Virus record (IMG/VR): IMGVR_UViG_3300050015_000082 | Coordinates: 1-44,224 of that record | Source: a virus | DNA: 44,224 nucleotides | Direction: 5' to 3' (one strand) | In this document: positions 1 through 5,789 of the stretch, one piece after another | Layout of the letters: every line of letters begins with the position of its first letter | How positions within the stretch are numbered: the first letter of the stretch is position 1 | Position numbers and translations under genes: made by a program | The notes under the pieces: generated by a model | Told to the model about the DNA's origin: nothing | What the model saw: the letters and a program-made list of their open reading frames with translations, nothing else | The model's database searches: none

Positions 1-635
1 ACGGCTGCTTTTGCCAACTCAAACATGGCAGCACGGTCGAGGCTGAGTTCCGATCCATCATCGGGAAATTCTCCCACGTTGCTCTTGAGAATAGGATAAT
101 TCTCCCACTCTTGGAGGGTTTTGAGTAAGCATCCCATACGCACAGCACGTGACCCGTCTTCATAAAGAACGGCCCATACTTGGTAGAGATAAAGGCTAGA
201 AGAGAATGAGCGCAGCAAATGGATTTTCTTACCGCTCAGGTCGGCACCGCTCAGGTCGGCACCGCTCAGGTTGGCACCGCTCAGGTCGGCATCGCGCAGG
301 TCGGCACGGTTCAGGTCGGCATCGCGCAGGTCGGCACCGCGCAGGTAGGCACCGCTCAGGTCGGCACCGCTCAGGTAGGCACCGCTCAGGTAGGCACCGC
401 GCAGGTAGGCACCGCTCAGGTTGGCACCGCTCAGGTAGGCACCGCTCAGGTTGGCACCGCGCAGGTCGGCACGGTTCAGGTCGGCACCGCGCAGGTTGGC
501 ACGGTTCAGGTCGGCACCGCGCAGGTCGGCACGGTTCAGGTTGGTTTTCTCCTTGATGGCCTCGATCAGCGCGTCTTTTATGGTGAGTGCGGATGAGACA
601 AAGATTACTGCACCGTAAATGCTTTTAATTTCCAC
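1..635 (-). CDS. Pentapeptide-repeat protein, paralog A. This is the 5' 635 nt; the 3' end is cut by the window edge and continues at 44123..44224 if the contig is circular, giving 220 aa in total.
   Basis: The minus frame is open from GTG 635..633 (preceded by AGGGAGA) to nt 1. It translates as [31 protein letters not shown], then about 21 A(D/N/Y)L(S/R/N)(G/R/D) pentapeptides, then a C-terminal domain almost identical to paralog B. It is absent from the ORF track because it has no in-window stop. Confidence 0.8.
   Translation of the reverse strand, partial: MEIKSIYGAVIFVSSALTIKDALIEAIKEKTNLNRADLRGADLNRANLRGADLNRADLRGANLSGAYLSGANLSGAYLRGAYLSGAYLSGADLSGAYLRGADLRDADLNRADLRDADLSGANLSGADLSGADLSGKKIHLLRSFSSSLYLYQVWAVLYEDGSRAVRMGCLLKTLQEWENYPILKSNVGEFPDDGSELSLDRAAMFELAKAA
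233..545 (-). repeat. Coding tandem array of about 21 imperfect 15-nt units (plus strand caggtcggcaccgc[t/g]-like)
   Basis: 15-nt periodicity is directly visible. It encodes the pentapeptide repeats of paralog A. There are no unique spacers. Confidence 0.9.
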
Positions 636-687
636 GGTTTTTCTCCCTTTCCTATTTTCTGGTTGACAAGGTAACCGGACAAGCGCG

Positions 688-958
688 GCCCTTTCCTCCC
701 GGATTGGGCCTTTCTGTTTGTGGTGTCATTTTTCTGGAATGGTCATGCGGAGAACGGCTGCTTTTGCCAACTCAAACATGGCAGCACGGTCGAGGCTGAG
801 TTCCGATCCATCATCGGGAAATTCTCCCACGTTGCTCTTGAGAATAGGATAATTCTCCCACTCTTGGAGGGTTTTGAATAAGCATCCCATACGCACAGCA
901 CGTGACCCGTCTTCATAAAGAACGGCCCATACTTGGTAGAGATAAAGGCTAGAAGAGA
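688..958. repeat. Duplicated 3' module of the pentapeptide-repeat genes (C-terminal domain coding plus about 40 nt of 3' flank), copy B
   Basis: 754..958 equals 1..205 with one mismatch (878 a vs 125 g). 688..753 equals 44085..44150 with one mismatch. Confidence 0.9.
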
Positions 959-1523
959 ATGAGCGCAGCGAATGGATTTTCTTACTGCGCAGGTTGGCAC
1001 CGCTCATGTAGGCACCGCTCAGGTTGGCACCGCTCAGGTTGGCACCGCTCAGGTCGGCACCGCGCAGGTCGGCACCGCGCAGGTTGGCACGGTTCAGGTC
1101 GGCACCGCGCAGGTCGGCACGGTTCAGGTCGGCATCGCGCAGGTCGGCACGGTTCAGGTCGGCATCGCGCAGGTCGGCACGGTTCAGGTCGGCATCGCGC
1201 AGGTCGGCACCGCGCAGGTCGGCACCGCTCAGGTCGGCACCGCGCAGGTAGGCACCGCTCAGGTTGGCATCGCTCAGGTAGGCACCGCTCAGGTCGGCAC
1301 CGCTCAGGTAGGCACCGCTCAGTTTGGCACCGCTCAGGTCGGCATCGCGCAGGTAGGCACCGCTCAGGTTGGCATCGCTCAGGTAGGCACCGCTCAGGTC
1401 GGCACCGCGCAGGTCGGCACCGCGCAGGTCGGTTTTTGCCTTAATGGCCTCGATCAGCGCGTCTTTTATGGTGAGTGCGGATGAAACAAAGACTACTGCA
1501 TCGTAAATGTTCTTGATTTCCAT
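726..1523 (-). CDS. Pentapeptide-repeat protein, paralog B (265 aa)
   Basis: ORF 726..1562. The start was moved to ATG 1523 ([30 protein letters not shown]) by alignment with paralog A. About 30 consecutive A(D/N/Y)LXX repeats are followed by a non-repeat C-terminal domain of about 85 aa. Confidence 0.85.
   Translation of the reverse strand: MEIKNIYDAVVFVSSALTIKDALIEAIKAKTDLRGADLRGADLSGAYLSDANLSGAYLRDADLSGAKLSGAYLSGADLSGAYLSDANLSGAYLRGADLSGADLRGADLRDADLNRADLRDADLNRADLRDADLNRADLRGADLNRANLRGADLRGADLSGANLSGANLSGAYMSGANLRSKKIHSLRSFSSSLYLYQVWAVLYEDGSRAVRMGCLFKTLQEWENYPILKSNVGEFPDDGSELSLDRAAMFELAKAAVLRMTIPEK
986..1432 (-). repeat. Coding tandem array of about 30 imperfect 15-nt units
   Basis: Same 15-nt unit as 233..545. 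It encodes the repeats of paralog B. Confidence 0.9.
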
Positions 1524-1524
1524 A

Positions 1525-1716
1525 TCAGTTCCCTTCTTGCGGGTTGATGATACGTTCCACATCGATGCGGTTGATGCGCCAGAACTTCAGACCCAGCCGA
1601 TGCGCCTTGAGATGATCCGTGAGAATCCAGCGCAGGATAGTCGATGGGGAGAAGCCGGTGATCTTCGCGACTTCCGTGATGCTGTATTCGTCCTTGATCG
1701 GTATACTGTTTTTCAT
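1525..1716 (-). CDS. Small HTH DNA-binding protein (excisionase/MerR-like HTH type)
   Basis: 63 aa. [47 protein letters not shown] fits the excisionase-type HTH pattern. Its ATGA overlaps the upstream gene. Confidence 0.6.
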   Translation of the reverse strand: MKNSIPIKDEYSITEVAKITGFSPSTILRWILTDHLKAHRLGLKFWRINRIDVERIINPQEGN

Positions 1717-1955
1717 AGTTCCTCTTTCATGACGGCGTATTCCACAGGCAGGATTGCAACGCGAATACCTGTGCCGAATTTAGCTTCGAGCAAGGGAATC
1801 AGCCGCCGCTTTGCCTTGGTCGCTTCCTTGCGGTCTGGGCGGATATTGAGTGTAAATTCGTCTGCAAGTCGAACCCCGTTACCGTCTTCTAAGTGATTCC
1901 CTTGAATGAACAGGCCGCTCACGGGGATTGCGATCAAAACATAACCCTTTGCCAT
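1713..1955 (-). CDS. Hypothetical protein (80 aa)
   Basis: ORF 1713..1991. The start is set at ATG 1955, preceded by AAGAAAGGA. Confidence 0.5.
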   Translation of the reverse strand: MAKGYVLIAIPVSGLFIQGNHLEDGNGVRLADEFTLNIRPDRKEATKAKRRLIPLLEAKFGTGIRVAILPVEYAVMKEEL

Positions 1956-2084
1956 AACGTCCTTTCTTAAAACAGGTGCAAAGCATTGCACCTCGCTAGA
2001 AGCAGTGTGTTGAATGGTCCATGCCCGGTTTACCTGTCTATCCCCACAGCGGGACCGTGTAGGGGCAAAAGCGGGGCAGCACGG

Positions 2085-2303
2085 CTACTTGTCGAAGTAT
2101 CCAGCCTCGTTCATGCAGCACAGGATGCCGGCGACGATGATTCCCAACTCCAAAGCGATTACCCACCATCGGTCGTACCAGAGCACAGACCGGATGCTGA
2201 CGTTGGGCCCCTCGTGCAGTACATTGGCGAGCGGGTACTCGTGGGAGTGGTCGTAGAGCGGTTTGGGGCGGTTAATGGAGTGGGTGCGGTTGAGGATGGT
2301 CAT
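2085..2303 (-). CDS. Small membrane protein (72 aa)
   Basis: The ORF has one hydrophobic segment, WWVIALELGIIVAGILCC. Confidence 0.5.
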   Translation of the reverse strand: MTILNRTHSINRPKPLYDHSHEYPLANVLHEGPNVSIRSVLWYDRWWVIALELGIIVAGILCCMNEAGYFDK

Positions 2304-2341
2304 TCTGCGGGTTCCTTTCTGATGTATTCGACGGCCCGGCG

Positions 2342-2773
2342 CTAATACTTTTCGTAGTTAGCGATTTGGTCAGCCTCCGAAGCTTTTGCTGTACCAATCT
2401 TTGCAACGTATTTTGTGTAATCAGGTACGCCACTGCACTCGTTGGTAGGTTCGCAGCACGACGGCTGCTTGCGCCCGCGTATGAGTCGCTTCCAATCGCA
2501 CGTTTCGCACCCTCTCTTGGTTGGGGCTAGCTTCTCCGCGTTGGCCAGGGCCTTACGCGCCTTCATAAACTCAGGGTCAAGGGTGGGATGCGTGTAAACA
2601 AGTGCGCACCGTTCGAGCATCACCGTAAGCGCCTTCAGTATCTCCTCGTGTGAGGCTTGCAGGGCGGCGAGCTTTTCATCTATAAGTTGTTGCGCCGCAT
2701 GGAGGTATAGACAATCGACGCCCCAATCGTCCTTATGGCCAATCCGTGCCATATCTTCCTCAGTAATGTTCAT
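2342..2773 (-). CDS. Hypothetical protein (143 aa), Cys-containing C-terminus
   Basis: Clean ORF. Its ATGA overlaps the upstream ORF end at 2770. Confidence 0.6.
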   Translation of the reverse strand: MNITEEDMARIGHKDDWGVDCLYLHAAQQLIDEKLAALQASHEEILKALTVMLERCALVYTHPTLDPEFMKARKALANAEKLAPTKRGCETCDWKRLIRGRKQPSCCEPTNECSGVPDYTKYVAKIGTAKASEADQIANYEKY

Positions 2774-2985
2774 TTCTCCTCTTTCCTACGCTCAGACTTC
2801 CGGCGTTCGTGGCCGAGCCAGCGCGTATGTCGAATGATGTTTGTTACCTGCCAGAGGCCTACGCCGAGCAGAAAGCCAACAGCGAGAATCAGCACATCGC
2901 GAGCGTTTACCAGGGAAGGCCAGCTTTCTGCGCGAAATGCACAACAGCCCAGATGAGCAGCCCTCCGACAGCCTCGGCTGCACAC
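2770..2985 (-). CDS. Possible small membrane protein, start uncertain
   Basis: GTG-initiated ORF that overlaps the 3' end of 2907..3290 by 79 nt. It has a TM-like segment, VLILAVGFLLGVGLWQV. No RBS was seen. Confidence 0.25.
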   Translation of the reverse strand: MCSRGCRRAAHLGCCAFRAESWPSLVNARDVLILAVGFLLGVGLWQVTNIIRHTRWLGHERRKSERRKEEK

Positions 2986-3290
2986 ATTACGAGCAACGCG
3001 CGCATCATGCGGACGGCTTGCGGGTCTGCGATGAGCACGGGAGCATCCTCAGCGTCTGGTCGATGCCAGGCACCGCGCTCGTCGTAGCCTGCGTTTGTGA
3101 TCTGCTCGTCTTCGATCTGGTCAGTCTCGGCCATGATCTTGGCTACTTCCGCCCTGATCTGTGCGCGTTCGGCCAGTTCTATCAGTTGCAGTGGGCTAAT
3201 GATGATCGTCTCTGGCTCAGGATGACTGGCCAGGTAGTAGGCAAATTCCAGCGCATCTTTGCGGGTCGGTGTGAGTTCAATCTCTTGCAT
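2907..3290 (-). CDS. Hypothetical protein with a C-terminal TM segment (127 aa)
   Basis: ORF 2907..3443. The start is set at ATG 3290 (MQEIELT), preceded by AAAGGAAATCCA. The upstream in-frame extension is Arg-rich and spans a structured intergenic element. Confidence 0.55.
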   Translation of the reverse strand: MQEIELTPTRKDALEFAYYLASHPEPETIIISPLQLIELAERAQIRAEVAKIMAETDQIEDEQITNAGYDERGAWHRPDAEDAPVLIADPQAVRMMRALLVMCAAEAVGGLLIWAVVHFAQKAGLPW

Positions 3291-3322
3291 TGGATTTCCT
3301 TTCTGTAGAGCGTCTTGCGCTC

Positions 3323-3392
3323 CCTTTACGGCTCCAGAAGAATGCTCCGGAACAAGCTCATTGCTGTGGCCATTGGAGCGGAGCCGTAAAGG
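3323..3392. promoter_or_regulatory. 13-bp perfect inverted repeat (CCTTTACGGCTCC / GGAGCCGTAAAGG) separated by 44 nt
   Basis: Arms at 3323..3335 and 3380..3392, in the 124-nt gap between two minus-strand genes. A second hairpin, GGCAGG-n6-CCTGCC, follows at 3391..3408. Confidence 0.5.
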
Positions 3393-3414
3393 CAGGGCAA
3401 GACCTGCCGGGGTA

Positions 3415-3744
3415 CTACGAGGCCTCCTTCTTCCGCATTGCACGCCATTCAGTAATCATGGCCGCACGTTCGGTGGTAAGTTCTTCGATGGTGATGGTGC
3501 GCCGGTGGCGCTCGGGCACATTCTTGGTGATCTCCTGTGCCGCCTCTATTCCTTTGTCGTTCTTGACGAGAACAGTTTCCTTGACCTGGTGGTATGTGGT
3601 GGACAAGAGGCCGATGCGACGAATGCGACGCGCGAGAGATGTTCCCATATGATGCTCCTTTTCAGGCTGTGCAGCCCTATCCTCCGCTGCCGGTTGAGTG
3701 CAAAGCATTGCAACATTTTTTGACTTGTCAACGATGATTTTCAT
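3415..3744 (-). CDS. Hypothetical protein (109 aa)
   Basis: ORF with a strong RBS (AAGGAGATACGATCG before ATG 3744). Confidence 0.6.
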   Translation of the reverse strand: MKIIVDKSKNVAMLCTQPAAEDRAAQPEKEHHMGTSLARRIRRIGLLSTTYHQVKETVLVKNDKGIEAAQEITKNVPERHRRTITIEELTTERAAMITEWRAMRKKEAS

Positions 3745-3777
3745 CGATCGTATCTCCTTGAATCAAAGTGCGCTGTA

Positions 3778-3981
3778 CTACAGGGTGAGCGCCTCGGCCT
3801 TGCGGAAGAAGTTCACAGTCTCGCATGGGCTAAGCTGAATCCACCAGTTCCCGTCTGAGCTATTCGACTTGGCAAGCAGAGCGGTAGAGAATCGCTCGGT
3901 GGCCTTAAACGCGAACCGATAAGCCGTTTCAGATCGGTAATGTTCAATCTCTCGCTGTACCCTGATAGCGTCAAACTTCAT
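3778..3981 (-). CDS. Hypothetical protein (67 aa), first gene of the leftward block
   Basis: ORF with GGAGCAATCAA before ATG 3981. Confidence 0.6.
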   Translation of the reverse strand: MKFDAIRVQREIEHYRSETAYRFAFKATERFSTALLAKSNSSDGNWWIQLSPCETVNFFRKAEALTL

Positions 3982-4038
3982 TTGATTGCTCCATGAGGCT
4001 GGTTGCCTCTGTTCGATCTGTGATAAGAGTACAGCGTT

Positions 4039-4079
4039 AAAAGAGTGAATGCAGGCGAAAACGTACGAAAAGAGTGAAT
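4039..4079. repeat. Exact 12-nt direct repeat AAAAGAGTGAAT x2 (4039..4050, 4068..4079) in the divergent control region
   Basis: Read directly from the sequence. The second copy abuts the predicted leftward -10 box. Confidence 0.6.
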
Positions 4080-4108
4080 ATTATCGTATGGTGTGATGGA
4101 CAGCACAA
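4080..4108 (-). promoter_or_regulatory. Candidate sigma70-type leftward promoter (TTGTGC-17-GATAAT)
   Basis: The minus strand reads TTGTGC tgtccatcacaccatac GATAAT, about 95 nt upstream of ATG 3981. Confidence 0.4.
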
Positions 4109-4285
4109 TCTTTCGCCTAGTATTCTCCATAAATAAGAGGAAAAGTAGGAATTGCGCTAGAATACTCGCATGGTAAGGACAATGGCTAAGCCAATCCCCA
4201 AGCCTCGCGTTTCCCTGGTGGTGGCTGATCCTGCCGGAAAAGAGGGATGCATAATGCCAGGGGTATCATATAGAGAGGTGTAAGC

Positions 4286-4771
4286 ATGGCAATTAGGCCT
4301 ATAGACGAGAGCAAGGCAAGCCACAGGGGATCAGCGGATCGCATACGTAAGCTCAAGATTGCGCATCCCGATATGTCCGTCAAAGAGATAGCTAAGAGAG
4401 CAAAGTGTACTCCTGATAATGTTTATTCAGTCCTGAAACGCTTTCTCGGACGCAATTCCCCGGAACAACTCAAGCAATATCAAGAACATAAAGCAGATAT
4501 ATTTGATGCCGTGGGAATGCAGGCGCTACTATCTATAACTCCCTCGAAACTGGCAAAGGCGAACGTGGTCCAAGCTGCAACCGTGTTTGGTATTGCGTTT
4601 GACAAGTCCCAACTCGTTCGGGGCCAGGCGACCGGCATCAATGTAACGGTTCTGATGGATGTGGTTGAGGCGATCAAGGCGCGCAAGGCGTCAGAGCAGG
4701 AGAGTTACCAGCGGTCTATCAATATGCGTCAAGTGACTGATATGGATAGCGTTGCGGGCGCAAGGCCGTAG
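4286..4771 (+). CDS. HTH protein, candidate small terminase subunit (161 aa)
   Basis: N-terminal HTH (MSVKEIAKRAKCTPDNVYSVLKR). It is the first gene of the late block, about 1 kb upstream of TerL. The call rests on position and architecture only. Confidence 0.45.
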   Translation: MAIRPIDESKASHRGSADRIRKLKIAHPDMSVKEIAKRAKCTPDNVYSVLKRFLGRNSPEQLKQYQEHKADIFDAVGMQALLSITPSKLAKANVVQAATVFGIAFDKSQLVRGQATGINVTVLMDVVEAIKARKASEQESYQRSINMRQVTDMDSVAGARP

Positions 4772-4795
4772 GGCAAAACTGCCATAGGATAGTAT

Positions 4796-4877
4796 CACCG
4801 AGTGCCCAGCGATGCCGCTGAGGGCATCCTAGAGGGCTATTTCATTCGCATTTCATTCGCTTTAGGGGTGCTCGGTG
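4796..4877 (+). other. Nested stem-loop element in the 335-nt non-coding gap
   Basis: A 12-bp outer stem pairs 4796..4807 with 4866..4877. It includes two G.U pairs that exist only in plus-sense RNA. The inner hairpin is GATGCC-n6-GGCATC (4811..4828). Confidence 0.4.
4839..4860 (+). repeat. Tandem 11-mer ATTTCATTCGC x2
   Basis: Read directly from the sequence. It lies inside the loop of the 4796..4877 element. Confidence 0.7.
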
Positions 4878-5002
4878 CAAACTAGCTGACTACAGAGGGG
4901 CTCCACTCAAGGGCAATGATGGCAACGATTTATCGCGCTGCGGACTGGCCGAGCGGGTCCTACTTTTTGGCCGACCCCCATGCCCCCATTCGACCGGGTG
5001 GC

Positions 5003-5038
5003 AGTGTGGAGGTTCCTATCCCGCTCCCACATTTTTTT
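5003..5038 (+). terminator. Candidate intrinsic terminator
   Basis: The GTGTGGAG / CTCCCACA stem has one bulge and a 12-nt loop, and is followed by TTTTTTT (5032..5038). Confidence 0.4.
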
Positions 5039-5052
5039 CGTAAAAGAGTTCC

Positions 5053-5106
5053 CATTGGAGACTGATTTAGTATCCATTAGAGACGCAATTCGTATACAAT
5101 AGAGAC
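5053..5106 (+). repeat. Three phased 10-bp direct repeats CA(T/A)T(G/A)GAGAC at exact 22-bp spacing
   Basis: cattggagac 5053..5062, cattagagac 5075..5084, caatagagac 5097..5106. The last repeat abuts ATG 5107. Confidence 0.55.
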
Positions 5107-5535
5107 ATGGCAATAGCTTGGGTTGAATGCTGGAAATGTGAACTATGCGGGCATCGGTGGATCAAGACTGGTGACGCGCCCAGGCTGTGCTCAAAGTGCA
5201 AGAAGACGGGTTGGAACATGCTAGCGGGTGAAGTGATAGACAAGTCGCGTAGGTCGTCCATAAATGATGCTCCGATGGGAACGGTCGTGAAATCCACTTC
5301 TGAGGATAAAGAACCTCAGCCCGCTCCAACATACGTTTCCGATCTCCGCTCCATCTGCTCTGGCAACATACCAAATCCTGAGTATGTGGAGACATGCCTA
5401 GTGAGCGATGTCTTGCCAGAGTGCTGCGAGTGTGGGCGCAAGCTGGTAGGCAAGGAAATAAAGGGACGTGGTGTGGTGTGGGCGTGCGCTAAGCAAGGGT
5501 GCCCGATGTACGGTCTGGAGCAGAAGCCGAGATGA
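5107..5535 (+). CDS. Double zinc-ribbon-like protein (142 aa)
   Basis: Has CWKCELCG...CSKCKK at the N-terminus and CCECG...CAKQGC at the C-terminus. Confidence 0.6.
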   Translation: MAIAWVECWKCELCGHRWIKTGDAPRLCSKCKKTGWNMLAGEVIDKSRRSSINDAPMGTVVKSTSEDKEPQPAPTYVSDLRSICSGNIPNPEYVETCLVSDVLPECCECGRKLVGKEIKGRGVVWACAKQGCPMYGLEQKPR

Positions 5536-5774
5536 ACGAGTACGAAAACGGTTGCCCGATACTGGAGGATGAAGTGCTTCGAGATGAAGAGTACATGTGC
5601 CCGACCTGCGGCCGTGTGTGCGGGAGCCTGACGGAATATCACAAGCATGCTAAGAGGGAGCATCCAGACCGAGGAATGATTAAAGGCGTAGTCATCATCA
5701 CGTCTTTTGTGCTCCTGCAGCTCTACTGGCCGAGTGTGGTGATGTGGCTTATAACGGGCAAGTGGCCGTGGTGA
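5532..5774 (+). CDS. C2H2 zinc-finger protein with a C-terminal TM segment (80 aa)
   Basis: The start is set at ATG 5532 (ATGA overlap). YMCPTCGRVCGSLTEYHKHAKREH fits C-X2-C-X12-H-X4-H. The TM segment is VVIITSFVLLQLYWPSVVMWLI. Confidence 0.55.
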   Translation: MNEYENGCPILEDEVLRDEEYMCPTCGRVCGSLTEYHKHAKREHPDRGMIKGVVIITSFVLLQLYWPSVVMWLITGKWPW

Positions 5775-5789
5775 TCAAAGGGGGTTTCA

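Noticed and set aside
1-74. The 74-nt terminal repeat as a genuine phage direct terminal repeat
   Set aside because: It lies in the middle of a coding sequence that is itself duplicated, and it is short. It looks more like a circular-assembly overlap.
233-1432. The periodic arrays could be mistaken for CRISPR arrays
   Set aside because: The unit is 15 nt with no unique spacers, the arrays are entirely coding, and there are no cas genes.
206-1484. Plus-strand ORFs 206..556, 219..596, 959..1444, 972..1484 and 1024..1251, which encode SGRHR / QVGTA / RSAPR repeats
   Set aside because: These are antisense or alternative frames of the 15-nt arrays. Only the minus frame gives the canonical A(D/N)LXX pentapeptide repeat with conserved non-repeat N- and C-terminal domains and a sensible RBS.
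1976-1990. A 15-nt exact repeat, GTGCAAAGCATTGCA, also found at 3698..3712. It is an imperfect palindrome that looked like an operator or a sigma54 -24/-12 element.
   Set aside because: About one exact 15-mer repeat is expected by chance in 44 kb, the second copy is inside a coding region, and the GG-to-GC spacing is off by one for sigma54. The hairpin at 1975..1992 followed by TGTTTT on the minus strand may still be a weak attenuator.
2907-2985. Possible programmed -1 frameshift joining 2907..3290 to the 2770..2985 frame, which would give a 2-TM protein
   Set aside because: There is no canonical slippery heptamer (the sequence is CAGAAAG) and no downstream structure. A sequencing indel or an independent small gene cannot be excluded, so it is left as a low-confidence CDS.
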